A stretch of 64,000 bases of DNA from Amoebidium appalachense (Eukaryota; Protista; Ichthyosporea): positions 3,253,572-3,317,571 of the forward strand of contig CAVNZM010000008.1 in the NCBI GenBank assembly GCA_963693365.1. The letters are read 5' to 3'. Shown in pieces: positions 1-30,406 of the stretch. Both the position numbers and the translations under genes were made by a program. The stretch's first letter is position 1; every line of letters begins with the position of its first letter. A model generated the notes under the pieces. The model was not told the origin of the DNA. It was given only the letters and a program-made list of their open reading frames with translations, and did not search any database.

Positions 1-231
1 GGGGGGGGGGGGGGGGGCAAGCTTCATATGGTATGACTGACGTCGCCCAGGCATGCATGACAAGCATGCACCACACGTGCGGATGTGCACGCAGGCGCTG
101 TCATGACACAAGAAAAGACACAGGAATTTGTGGCAGTGTCAAGAAGGAGAAAAGGCGGGAAGGTAGAGTGTCATAGAGTCTCACAGAGCGACCTTGGCAA
201 CGCCAGGCCGCCTGCGGCGCCGGCCGGCAAC

Positions 232-456
232 ATTCCGGAAACTGCAAACATCCAGATCCATATGCGTTCGGATCATGTGATTGGGTAACGAAAGCGAATC
301 ATGTCATTTACATCAACGATAATTCTAATTGGTTGTCTTTTTCAAAGCCTCTTACGTAAATAGTTATAATTGGTTTACTGCAAACGTAGATTAATGTCAT
401 TGGATTAAAGTCATAGTTATTTAAGACCTACCAATTCGATCCCGCGATTATATAAA
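232..456 (+). promoter_or_regulatory. Putative sHSP promoter: HSE-like nTTCnnGAAn (232-241), ATTGG boxes, TATATAAA (449-456)
   Basis: Motifs read directly upstream of the ATG at 645; only two HSE pentamers, so HSF binding is uncertain. Confidence 0.45.
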
Positions 457-644
457 CAGGCCCGGTCACTGGAGGGCCGGTCGTCGGCGGTCGATCAGAC
501 ACATCATTCCGTTCAGTTGTAACAGAAAGCGTAACAGAAACCCTAAGCGCTCACATTGGACTGAATACTGAAAGTTATAAGCTATTGACGTCCAATTGCA
601 GCGCCTACAAGACAGAACCGAAACTTCGCCACAGCAGTGTCATC

Positions 645-994
645 ATGGCTCGCACTTCTACCACTCGCTTCTCCGGCCGTGGGCTCAGGATTTCTGCGGC
701 CGGTCTTCTCCTTCTCCTCGCGTGCATCCTTGCCCTTTTGACACCCACGGAGGCATTCGTGCGACTCCCCGGCCTCCTGAACCCTCGTCGTGCACGTGAA
801 GATTTCGTGCCTTCACTGCGCGACAACGCCATTGTCCATCCTGTTGCACGCTGGGGTCTCGGTCGGGGGTTGTGGGATGATTTCGTCCGGGATTTTGACG
901 AGTTGATTGACGATCACTTCTCTCGGTTCGGCTTGCCCATGGGGTTGGTGAAAACTGGTGATAACCAGTACACTATGCAGGTAGATCCCCCCCC

Positions 995-1036
<42 letters not shown>

Positions 1037-1067
1037 TCCCGCTCTGCCCCCCTCCCTCCCCCCCCCC

Positions 1068-1098
<31 letters not shown>

Positions 1099-2134
1099 AT
1101 CCCCTATCCCTTCCTCCCTCCCGTCGGTGATGTTGATCCTCCCTCCCTCTGGTCTCTTTATTTTAAATTTCTCCCCTGGTCCATCCTTCGATCCGGCCCT
1201 TCTCCATCTCACCGCCCTTTGACTCCTTTGGTGTGGCAACATTGTAAAATATTCTGGAGCTCTTCACTTTTCCATTCCTGCTCAAGCATGAGCAATAATT
1301 TCCCTGCCATTTCCCCGGCCCACGGCCCACGCTCTCGCACTCCTATTCCCCCATGAGCCTCCCGTCTATCCTAGTACTCACACATCCACCAAACAGCTTG
1401 AATTTACCGTGCCATCATCAGGTTTTGATTAACATAACTTTTTCACTTTTCGTGCACGTGAACTCCCGATCCCCCCCTCCCCCTCCCTCCTCCCCCCCCC
1501 CTCCCCCTCCCCCCCCCCCCCCCCCCCCCCGTCCATCCCCCCTTCCCCCCCCCCCAAAAAAAAAAAAAAAAAATGTGACAGCAATTGAATTGGGATATAT
1601 AAGGAGGAAGTAACTATTATTAGCAAACCAGTTCACACACACGTCACATCTAACACAATTTTTGTGCTTCCTTTTCAGGTGGACGTTCCCGGCCTTCGTG
1701 CAGAGGACCTCAACATTCACGTAGAGGGGCGGCAGCTGCACGTGACAGGCACCAACAAATGTGACGACCAGGACCCCACGTGTGTGCGCAGAACCATCGA
1801 GAAGACCGTCACCATTCCGGAAGGCGCCGGTGAAATCGACCTGTCAAATGTCCGGGCCGTCCTTGATCACGGTGTGCTCAAGGTTACCGTTTCTCTGACT
1901 GGTGCCCCGACCCCTAAACGTGTTCCTATTGTTGACGCTTCAAAGGAAACAACCGTGGACAGACTTTCTGTCAGTGAAGAGAAGATGGGGGAGGGTGAAC
2001 AGGGTCACTCGAGCTCGAGCCCAATCTCAGGTGTGGTCGAGGAAAACGTGGGGGGTGTTGCTGTAGAGAAGGGGGAGAAGGTATCGATGGGTAGTGGTGA
2101 CGATGGGGTGACTGTGGAGGTGAAGGAACTGTAG
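645..2134 (+). CDS. Small heat-shock protein (HSP20/alpha-crystallin domain) with signal peptide and C-terminal VKEL; exons 645-980, 1679-2134
   Basis: Hydrophobic N-terminus (AAGLLLLLACILALLTPTEA|F). Phase-0 GT-AG intron joins YTMQ|VDVPGLRAEDLNIHVEGRQLHVTG...AVLDHGVLKVTV (alpha-crystallin motifs), followed by an IXI-like VPI. Confidence 0.9.
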
Positions 2135-2647
2135 GAACTTTTGGGGGTTAGGGGGGGGGGGGGGGGGGGGGGGGGGAAAGAAAAAAGAAAAGTTACGGGG
2201 ATCTAGTGCGGTACACACATACTATGGATATAATTAACCAGCAGAGTAGACAGAGATGATTGTATGTTGTTTGCTTCATTGCAGGCAGGAAATGATGGGC
2301 GCTGTGCTGTTGGGTGTTTCTGTCCCCTTTGATGCATGTTATTCCGTGCCTATTGTTATTGGGTAAAATTAGTTGTGCACCTCCAAACGAATGATTTTAG
2401 CATGGGGAACACATTAGGGTACCACGGCCGATGAATCAGATGTATGACTGAGTTATAAATGGGCGATATCCGTCTTACTACACTAAGCCTGACTTCGGGA
2501 TATGAAGGCTCAATACTTATAACTTAAATGAAACAAATGAAAAAAAGTTCTGAACTAAAACCTTTTTGCTGTGCAGAGATACCATTGTGACTTGTCGTTG
2601 GACAGTGTACGCCGGGGCTCTGTGTCCTCCCCCTCTTCCAACCTCCC

Positions 2648-2679
<32 letters not shown>

Positions 2680-3095
2680 AAATGTTGCGGATTCAAAGAG
2701 AATGCCTCACAGGTCGATTTCTGCCAACACACCTTGGCGCAGGCGCGACAGGCACGCACGCAAGCACGCACACATGCACACATGCAAGCGCGCACACACC
2801 CACACACACATCCACTCATGCACGTACGCACACACACACATGCGCCCGTACGCACGCACACACGCAGGCCAAAAAAAATCTTTTTGAAAAAAAAGAACTC
2901 CCTGACCGGGTGACCCTACCCTCCCCACCCCCTCCCCTACTCCTTTCCCCTTCCATTCCCCCCCCCCCCCCCCCCTTCCCACCACACACTCACACACATT
3001 GTTGCGCCCGGAAAGCCCGCCCGCTCCTCTTTCCTCCTCCCTTCCCCTTCTCTCCTCCCAGCCACACACACATACACGTTGTTGCGCCCTGCGAG

Positions 3096-3132
<37 letters not shown>

Positions 3133-3743
3133 TTCCCCCCCCCCCGGTGCCCCGGGGCACCCCAATGTTCTTTAATTATCTCTTTCTACAGTGTCTGTAA
3201 ACCACCGAGCTGCTTCCCCCCCTCCACCTAACCCTCCACCACTCCCCCTCCTCCTCTACTACTAATACTTTCACCATAATCACCACCCATGGCCAAAAAA
3301 CTTGATGAAAACAAACAAGAAACCTTATGATACTACTATCACTGTATGAGACACCCGTGTCAATCACTGTGCTCAATGGCCTGTCCGCCCGTCCATGTGC
3401 CTTCACCCCGTTGGACTGTCTCCCAGCCTTCCTGTTAGCTGTAGCTGCACCAACTAGCACTTAGGCTCAATAACCGTCTGTGACCTGCCACCAGGCACAC
3501 AGCATGCTAATGCTTAGGATATACAGGGAAAGAGGGAGATGTACCTATTAAGTGGGTGAGAGGGGAGGGTCCCGAGAGAAAAAAGGCGGAGGAGGGGGAG
3601 AGGATGGGGGTGGAGGGAGGGATCATGGAAAGAACTGGTATTGACGGGTGACTACAGCATGAAGTCACATAACGAATTAGCACACGCACATGCACACACA
3701 CACACACACACACGCACACGCATACACATGCACACGCACACAC

Positions 3744-3794
<51 letters not shown>

Positions 3795-4008
3795 GCCACA
3801 CCCACCCACCCACCCAAACACAGACACACGCACGCACACGCACACGTACATGAAAACGCACATGCACGCATGCACACGCCCACGCGCACGCACACACGCA
3901 CACACCCGACACAACACACCCACACCCACACGCTACACGTACTCTCACGAACCGTAGGCAGCACAGGCACACACAAGCACACACACACACGCAAAATCTG
4001 CACACACA

Positions 4009-4087
<79 letters not shown>

Positions 4088-5441
4088 CACGCACACACAC
4101 GCACACACACACAGAAACCTGCACACACACACACATACACACACACCCAGGGGCGCAGCACACATACACGCTGCAGACACGGGCGAGCAGCCCCCCTTCC
4201 CCTCCCCCCCCCCCCCCCCCCCCCCCTCTCCCCCCTCCCCCCTCCCCTCCGGGCCCCTCTCTCCCTCCTCCTCCTCCCCCCCCCCCCTTTTCTCCCCCAA
4301 AGAAGAAAAAAGAAAGAAAGAACGAAAGCCAGAAAGAAAAGAAAGCAGGCGCAATTTGTGTGTGTGCGGGCGGGGGGAGAGGGGAGGGGGGGGGGGGGGG
4401 GGGGGGGAGGAAGGGGGGAAGGGGGAGGGGGAGGGGGACGGGGAGGGGGGGGAAGGGGGAGCGGGGGGGGGGGGGGGGGTTGGAGTGGGGGGGGAGTGGG
4501 GGGGAGGGGGGGGAGGGGGGGGAAGGGGGCGGGGACTGGAGGGGAGGGGGGGGGGGGGGGAAAGCCGGGGGGATCCAACCGAGACTAAATTCTTGTCCTT
4601 TTTTTTGTTTTAAACTAGTCTTTTGAGCCAATAATCAAAGCGCCTGATATATGCACGATGTTTACAAACTTTACTGTGACTCACACATGACCACTCTGGC
4701 ATTCTAGTGGCCATGGTGCAACGGGTGACGTCATGAACATGCTCACGGAGACTAACGTCTGATTGGTTGCAATGTCGGTGAGTTCCTAGAAATAGACACG
4801 GCAACGGATTGAAGGATGAGCTTTATTCTAAAACAACTAGAGCCACAATTCAGTGTAGCCTCACTATTTAAATCATTTAGCCAATTATTTCATGAAAATG
4901 CACTAAAATGTTAATTATAGAGCATTTATACAATAATACTCTTTTAGAAATGTATATTGCTACGGCGAATGTTTACGGATAGTCGCCGGGCCGAGAACAC
5001 TAAGAAGGGGAACTTGAGAGTCATCAAAAGTAGCAATATGGTTGGATACACGTCACGTCTTTATATAACCGGTGCGGCTTAGAGATAGTGCCCATTGGTG
5101 GATCTACCGGAACAACCAACATGTTGCATACTTGAGCAGACACAATACTGGCCGAGGGTGGCGACGTTTTGCATGTAAGGTCACAACTTACAAGTAGGGT
5201 ACGTTTTTGTCACGGTGTAGGTAGGCTATTAGTGCCCTCGAAGCAGTACTTTACCAACAAGACATACATGTGCACTCACACTTTCGCATATACTGTACCC
5301 TGCCAACACATCTACCGCATATACTGTCTCTCCCCAGATTTACCTGCAAGCTGCATTCCTTGATCAGGATCTCAAGATCAATTCTCAACAACTCCTGCAG
5401 CAATTGCTGTTCTAACGTCTCTCACGTTATTTATCCAGAAA

Positions 5442-7023
5442 ATGTTTTTAAAGCTATTGCACATAACTGCGCTGGCTTTCGGCGCCAGTGCAATGAGCCT
5501 GCCTGCCTCCAACGGTAACAGCTCATGCATAACCGTAGTAAGCTACAACATAGATGGGAGGCCGTGCTACATAGGCCACGACGGACAGTATGAACGCATA
5601 GACAGAATTGCTGAAGTCATCGACAGCCAGGTACAGTTTCCTTCCCACATTCTTACATAATATAAGGAAATCACTCTAGGTGAAACCTTGGTCGCTTTAG
5701 ATCAAAATATAGCGCACAAATGCGCCTACATACATTATCAAGGATGTGCCCACGTACACGGATATTGATGTATACACACAACCTGCATGTCGGAGTAAAT
5801 GTTCCGGGATGAATTTCCGGGTTGCATCGTGCACACTTGCGCCCAGTAGTAGCAGTGCGTGGCACTAATGTAGAATATACCTTGTTTTTTTGGCACTAGG
5901 AAAATTTCTGTGGTGAAAGTATGTGCCTGGCACTCGTACGCCGTACGGCCACACGCTACTGCAGCTGCACCCAAGAACGAATAGTGTAACTTCACACTTT
6001 CTGTTGGTTCTGGGTCGAGATTTTACTGTAGATGGGTGTCTGCTTCCCCACCGCTTACATGCACATCAATGCGTTTGTTTGTTATCACAAACACACTCAC
6101 CCCAGCGACACACCTTTTACCGAACATCTGACTAAACCACATTTTTGCAGCTTGGTCACGTCGACTTTGTCGTCTTCCAAGAAGCGTTTGAGGACACAGC
6201 ACGGAAAAATCTCGAGTCGCACATGTACACAAAGGGGTTCAAATACGTGTCTCCCGTCCTGGATGCAAAGCCAAAATCATTCACCAAGGTTCTTAATGGC
6301 GGTGTGCTGATTGCTTCTCGATGGCCCGTCGAGTTCGTAAAGATGATTGGATACTCGCACTGCGCCCTACCGGATTGCTTTGCAAACAAGGGCGCTCTTT
6401 ACGTAAAAACGCATGTTAGTGAGAGAGTGGTGCACTTATTCGGCACGCACATGCAATCGTGGGGTACTAAGGAGGCGGTGGAAGCACGGCAGCAGCAAGG
6501 GAAAGAGATGCGAAATTTCGCAGACAGCCTAAACATCCCCGCCACAGACCTAGTTCTGTATGTTGGTGACCTAAATGTTGATATCATTAACACACCAGAC
6601 GAGGTCATCAGCGTGCTTAATGCTCTAAATGCCACTCTTCCACAAGTTAATGGCTTGTTGAATGCGACCTCTCAACCATCAACAAACAAACTTGTCGGTA
6701 GCGACACAGCAGCCAAGAAGAATGGGTGCTCGGGGCAGTATGACTACGGAAGGGAAAATTGCGCGTGTTGCTATGATCAGTGGCTGGATTACGTTCTGGT
6801 GAGCAACCAGCACTACCAACCTTCAACGGTCAAGTTTGAAGCCGTGAAAGTCAAGGCACCAGAACCTTTCGAGGTGTGTATGCACTCGTATCTCCCTGCG
6901 TGCTCGTGCACGGAGAGGAGCAAGTTTCAGCAATGTGCAGCGGCCTCTTCAACATGCCTACAGACAAGGTTTATTGAGGACGTGTCGGACCACTACCCGG
7001 TTAGGGCACAGATTTGCTTTTAA
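5442..7023 (+). CDS. Secreted neutral sphingomyelinase C-like EEP (endonuclease/exonuclease/phosphatase) hydrolase; exons 5442-5630, 6151-7023
   Basis: Signal peptide and motifs SYNI, FQEAF, NGGVLIASRWP, FANKGALYVK, GTHMQS, GDLNVD, WLDYV, SDHYPV. Phase-0 GT-AG intron with a CTGACTAA branch-like motif. Confidence 0.88.
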
Positions 7024-7860
7024 TTATAAATAGGTGCCGGGCTTATTAGGAAGTCAGCACGTTGGGGCGGCTTGCAAGTTATTCCCCCCCCCCTGTATTT
7101 GTGTTGTATTCGTGAGGCTTGTGGGGTAGTGGGAGTGTATGTGTGATGGGCTGAGCGGACGTCCGGGGGGGAAGGGGGAGTAGGGTTAGGGGGTGCTGAA
7201 GAGAGGCATTTGCGAGCGCAAAAGCGCAAGAGCTCTTCGTTTCAGTTGCGCAATTTGTTACAAGATTTAACTACCGTGAAGTGCCTAGCTCCAGGTTTAC
7301 TGATGATATCTCTCTCTTGAAGACTAAATAAGACAATATGTTGAATAGATTTTGAATTGTGTGAACTCTCAATACCAACAATGAGCAGACCGTCTGCCTC
7401 GATTCTGAGCGCAGATCTCACAACCTTCCGTGAGCGTGCTTTCATAAGCAACGTGTATTTGTCTGTGTGCGTATGTGTGTATGTGTGCGTGTGTATGCGC
7501 GTGCGCTTGTGTGTATGTGTGTATGTGCTCGTGCCATACGGCGTGCTCGTGTGCGGGTGCCCAGGCTTCTACACCAGACAAGCGCGGCAAGGATCCCCCC
7601 CCCCCCCCCCCCCCCCTCCCCCCCCCTCCCCCATGCACCCCACCCAGGGCCACCACTACTACAGTACTGAGGCGATGGAACTGGAGGGTTAAGAACGACT
7701 TTTTGCGAGCACAGGCAAGCAAAAAAAGATCATAGATACAGGAATATGCCCACGTTGCTGGCCTGTTTTGCATTTCACACATTCTCATAAGGTGATGTTT
7801 TATTTGAGCAAGACGCTGTGCAGGTGCCCTGCGCCTGGATCCAACGGCCAGAAAAAATCT

Positions 7861-7913
7861 CGCGCCAAAACTATTTTTATCCAGCCTTCTGATTGGCTGT
7901 CTAATGCTATTGG
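7861..7913. promoter_or_regulatory. E2F-like site (TTTTGGCGCG on - strand) plus two CCAAT (ATTGG) boxes upstream of ASF1
   Basis: cgcgccaaaa at 7861-7870, ctgattggct ~7889 and ctattggct ~7907; resembles an E2F/NF-Y cell-cycle promoter. Confidence 0.45.
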
Positions 7914-8460
7914 CTGCAACTTTGGGCGGACAAATGTCGACGTCGACAACACAAAAAGAGAGAGCACGAACACAACAGGTACAGAAAGTTGGTGCAAACG
8001 GTTGAGCAATTTTCTTTTTATATAAACGTAAGTGTGGAAAAGTTCTAGCGCAAGATAAATACGTTTGTTTGCACTTCTGAAGTTTTTCTTTGGCTAATCA
8101 ACGTTTACGAACAAAGGAAACGTAGCGAATCTATAGACTCAGACCAACCAGAGTCCTTTTTTCTGCGTTTGTCGTGTTTTCAAACCGTTGAAAAAAAGAC
8201 ACATGAGCCTGGATTTTTTTTCCCCTCCACATTATAGAAGCAAAAGTTCTTGTCATTAGAACAAGCAAACGTCCCATTTATCTCTAGACCAGAGCTTACT
8301 CTTTCTGTTCCAGTCCTTCAAAGCTCCTAACTCAAGTGGCCCTAACTTCTACTGAGTTGTTTTCCAACCCTCCCCGGCCAGTTCCGTTTTTTTCTTCCGC
8401 CTCCAAACTGCCTCCTCATCCTCTGTTAAATCTCTGATATACATCTTGTTTACATTCAAC

Positions 8461-13007
<4,547 letters not shown>

Positions 13008-13647
13008 GAGATGCGCCTGTTACCGTTTTTTTCCTCTTTTTCTTTCTTTCTTTGTCTTTCTCTTTCTCTTTCTTTTGTTTTGCAACATGTGCTTGTAGCA
13101 CATGAATCATATGCACTTACGGACACACACATCACAAATACTTGACCATGCCAGCAAACACAAACCTATCCCCCGCACATATGCCACACGGTGGTGAATG
13201 CCACATGCTTTACTTTTCAAATCGGCAAAACAAGAAAAAACACGAACAAAAGCTCACACACACAAACAAACAAACAAACAGACAAAGACCTTTTTGCGCA
13301 CACAAGCATGGTTTGACACGGCGCGATTGGAAGTCTGAAAACTGAAGCAGGAATGCACGAGTTTTAGTTGATGTGTAGATAGATGACGTCACGATATCAC
13401 TCTATTGCCCGACACGTGCACATATGATACTTGGGGGCAGTGCCCGGCCCTATAAACAACTCTATTTAATTAATGACCAGGGTATGCAATTTCGGGCAGT
13501 GTCTTTTTTCGGATTTCTGTTTCCGTTTACGTGTTTAGGGGACTCTCAGTAATATCCGAATAATACAGTTTGTGAACGAAACCGGTGAACAAATTGCACA
13601 TGTTTGCGAGAGTCAGGTCTGTTGTGTTGTATGAGCCGCTTCTGTTT

Positions 13648-13681
<34 letters not shown>

Positions 13682-14345
13682 TTCTCCCGCGAAGTTGCTT
13701 CTTCGGCCTTTTGTGTTCTTCGTTTCATTTTTTTTTTTTCCCGTCGAAGTTTTCCTTCGTACCCCAATTTCTGTGATGCTTTTGTTCATGTGCTGCAAAT
13801 ACTCCCGTAAGGCACCACCACCATTTGTCGCTTATTGATTGAGGCTGCCTTATAGTGTGCTGTTGCTCCCCCTGGCATCCACCAGTATTGCAAAGACACC
13901 TTGTGTCCACACGCTTGCGCACACATCAACGGCCGTGCACACGTGCGAGCGCGCATGAACATATGTGACTATGGCACACACACACACACACACTATTTGC
14001 TTCCACGTGTGCACTGACGCAATAAGACACACATGTGCATAAAGCACATGCTGTCACCGCACACACGTGCACTGATAGCACATGCATACACCGGTGCACC
14101 ACGAATGTGTGCATGTACTTTTGCATCACTAAAACCATAAATCATTCACCTAAGCAAGGCCTTCCGAACACATAAATATGAGATATCTGGAGTAGCCACA
14201 CATATGGCCGATCATAGTGACGTTGCAGTTTTATTATAGAACCCCACCGCTGTTTGTAAATTGTACGGCCCAACGGCTTTCGTGCACATTACACAACTGT
14301 AAGGGGTCTCTATTTGAGCTGTATGATGTTGTTGGGTACGGGTTC

Positions 14346-14380
<35 letters not shown>

Positions 14381-14554
14381 TAAAGCACAGCCCCCTCCAC
14401 CCACCTACTGTAGACTCGGTCCGGCCGCAGGGTCTAAAAACTGAAGGTGCAGGTCGCGAAAAAGACTAAATCCGGGTTGGTCAAATCGACCATTACAGTA
14501 TATTAATTACGAAGTTCATGCAAAGTAAGAGGTAAGGGCCCCCAGAAAAGAGCG

Positions 14555-14586
<32 letters not shown>

Positions 14587-14900
14587 AGGAGGGGGGTGGG
14601 TAGGAGGGGGGGGGGGGGGGGAAGGGGGGGGGGGGATTTGAGAATTTCCCAAAAAATTCATATTGTCACCGAGATACCGGCGAGATATATGTTTCTATTT
14701 ATAGCTGTGATGTCACATGCCGCGTTTGCGCAATCAAGCGCCCGAAACGAAAAAGCCGCTTTGCATTTTCACCTTTTCAGTGCATGCAGACAGGAAGGTG
14801 GGATGGGAAACGCTAACCTTCAAACAAGGCTATTTGACGTTTCTATTTTGGGGGGCTTTTTTCCACTGTTGGTGCCTTTTTTGCGCCTTAAGACACCAGC

Positions 14901-27469
<12,569 letters not shown>

Positions 27470-28889
27470 TTGCATGAAACAATTACTTCAAGGGATACAG
27501 GTAAGACACACACACGTGTATGCACGCCAAACACATTCATCGTGCGTGCGCATACACACACACGAACTCATGCATGCGCGTGCCTACTTACCCAGACACT
27601 CACATGCGCGCATTTACACACACACACACACATATATACACACCGATCGGCCCGTAGTCATGTGCAGCCCTTCACACGCAAACATGAACGTGTGCACACA
27701 CACACGTAACAGACATAAACACACACGCGCGCGCGCGCGCACCTAACACCCACCCACCCATACACACACACACACACACACACATACATACATACATACA
27801 TACATACATACATACATACATACATAGACACACACACAACGCCACCATCCTTAACACCCGCCCCTTTCCTTGCCCCCCTCCCACATAACTAGCCCCCCTA
27901 TTGCACTGTCCTCCTCCCCATTACCCACACACACACACATGCGCACAACCACACACGATTACATACACAATGCTTTCACCACAACTATCGTTTTCCGCAC
28001 AGCCATACGGACCTGAAGTCCCGGGGAAGGGGGGCGGGGAGGGAGGGGGGAGGGGAGGGGGTGGGTGTGTGGGTTTTTTTTTTTTTTTTTTTTTTGGTGG
28101 GGGGGGGGGGGGGGGGGGGGGGGGGAGACAGAGTTCTCCGAGGATGTTATATACCATGATTTCCATTTATGTCTACCACTGACAGCATGTTGCAAACCAT
28201 TATCAGGTGGATGGGTGTGTGGCTGTAGAATCAACCGCAATCAACTGCGTCGAAAATCAACTGACCTTTGCAAGGGGCACCCCATCCACACCACCGCCTT
28301 GTTTGGTCGTGTGCGTGGAGTTCCCAGGTGACAAGGCAACTGAAGCAACAAGAAAGGTGTTGGTGACGCGTCGGCGGGGAGAAGGGGGAGGGGGGGGGGG
28401 GGGGGGGGTGGGGGGGGAGGGGAGATGGGGGAGGGGGCGGGGCATTTGGGGGGGGGGGGAGGGAGGGGGTTATGTGGTTTTTGTGGTTTTTTTGTGTGTG
28501 TGCTTGTGTGGTGGGCGGGTGGTTTTGGGGGTGGGGGATGGGGGGGGGGGGGGGGGGGGGGAGGGGGCAAGACAAAGTGAATGCTAACTTAACACATATT
28601 GTCATAGACACGTACATGCAATGCATACAAATAGATACTTCCACACATTATATGGCTTATTCCAAGTTAACGTATTCGCTGATGTTTCAAATAAGGGCCA
28701 GAATCTGATTGTGCTACCCTAAGGGACCTTGTTTCTGTTAATTCTTTAACTTCGACAGTCTTGTGTATGTTCACTGGCATCATATTGGGAAAATTCTGCT
28801 GTTAACTCTTTCTCTAGCCCTTTTTACAATAAAGTTGATCGAACGGTGTTGAAAAATCTTTCTGGAGCTGTGGAACGACCGACCCCCCC

Positions 28890-29425
28890 ACATCCGGGGG
28901 CATAGCTTTCCGTTCGAAGACGTTAAAGCTCCGCCCCTAGTAAGCGTGTTACTTCCCTGCGGCATGGGTCAAATCTCATATTTTCCCCTCTGATTGCGAA
29001 TTCTGCGGCCTTCGGGACTTAATTCTTTTCAGCTGGTGTAGTATGTTAGCCAGAGAAGTATCGACTTAGGTAGCGACGGGGGAGCTTCCTAGAAGCCCCG
29101 TCTCCTGAGTTCCTATCTATAGTTTTCTTGCTTCTGCTTACTGCTGCAACTTTAACCCCCGGCCTTTCCCACTGCCCTTGCCTGCATAAGCAACCCTGCT
29201 CGTCTCTGATCAAGACCGGGTGACCTACCCATGTTCACGTGAAACAGTATCTGAGTTGGGTTTCGTTAACGAGGTGAATAGGTCGAAACTCGGGTACTGT
29301 GGATGACGTGGGGCCCCCCTGAGGATGGGCTCTGCTTATTATGCATACTCTTTATGTATGGCTTGCATTCTGCATCGTGTTATCCGTTTGTTCTTGTGTA
29401 CTTCGTACTTTTTGACGCATTCAAA
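28890..29425 (+). mobile_element. Repeat family A copy 1 (~536 bp, non-coding, SINE-like or LINE 3' end), flanked by C7 on both sides
   Basis: Near-identical to 47063-47596 and 42720-43071; ends ...gacgcattcaaa followed by poly(C). Confidence 0.85.
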
Positions 29426-29499
29426 CCCCCCCAAACACACACACACACACACACAACACACACACAAACACAAACACACACACACACACACACACAAAC

Positions 29500-29780
29500 A
29501 CACATGTGCACACACGCAAGTATTTAATCCACACATGAGCACGATACGTACGTACCTGGCCCACCTGCCCATTAGCTGAGGCACCATCCAGCCATATGAC
29601 ATAAATTTGACACCCTGATGCATAGTATTAGCTAATACAGGCTGATGGTACATGTCTCCTCAGTGTCGGCCTGGCCCGGCCGCATGCTGTGCGCGGCATG
29701 CGCAAGGCTTAGCTGCGATTACCCCCCCCCCCCCACATCCCCCTTCCCCCCCCCCTTACCGGCGCCAACCGCCAACCGCC

Positions 29781-29812
<32 letters not shown>

Positions 29813-30022
29813 ACCCACCCCAACCCAGGGCCAATTTTCGCGACCATTCGATCCACTCAACAAACACTAGCACTCAAGCACGAATACAGACATTGTGTGA
29901 AACAAGACACACCTGCAGACACACACACACGCACACACGCAAACGCACGCACGGAACCGAACAAGCAGGTGTACACCCCGCGGCGCGCACACATTCATGC
30001 GCACGCTGGCAGTCACACACAG

Positions 30023-30079
<57 letters not shown>

Positions 30080-30182
30080 CACACACATGTGCACACACGC
30101 AAGTATTTAACCCACACATGAGCACGATACGTACGTACCTGGCCCGCCTGCCCATTAGCTGAGGCACCATCCAGCCATATGA
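29500..30182 (+). repeat. Direct repeat of ~100 bp (29500-29599 and 30083-30182)
   Basis: acacatgtgcacacacgcaagtatttaa.ccacacatgagcacgatacgtacgtacctggccc.cctgcccattagctgaggcaccatccagccatatga occurs twice. Confidence 0.85.
29601..29977 (+). repeat. Repeat family B copy 1
   Basis: Shares ataaatttgacaccc..gatgcatagta, cttagctgcg, cagggccaa..tcgcgaccattc, actcaacaaacactagcactcaagcacgaatacagacattgtgtgaaacaagac and accgaacaagcaggtgtacacc with 33101-33466. Confidence 0.8.
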
Positions 30183-30372
30183 TACAAGTAGGTCTGTGCG
30201 CCGGCTGTCGCCGGCGCCAAAATATACCGAGACAGTTATTGATGTTGGGTTGTGTGGTTGTTACTTCCCTCCCCCCTCCCCCCCCCCCCCCCCCCCCCCC
30301 CCTCCCTCGCCCCCCCGCCTCACGCTTCCCCCCCCCCCCCCCCCCCTTACCACCCCGCCTCACGCTTCCTCG

Positions 30373-30406
<34 letters not shown>

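Noticed and set aside
981-1085. Exact lengths of poly(C)/poly(G) tracts as a biological signal
   Set aside because: Long homopolymers are error-prone in sequencing; their presence is credible but their lengths cannot be trusted without reads.
29222-29300. HDV-like ribozyme interpretation of the pseudoknot
   Set aside because: No P4/J4-2 segment with the catalytic C and no recognisable P3/L3 consensus.
29206-29330. Possible hammerhead ribozyme (CTGATCA...GTCGAAAC; CTGAGGA) suggesting a Penelope-like element
   Set aside because: The first core has C at the essential G8 and no adjacent stem I; the second CTGAGGA has no downstream GAAA. No GIY-YIG or RT ORF was seen.
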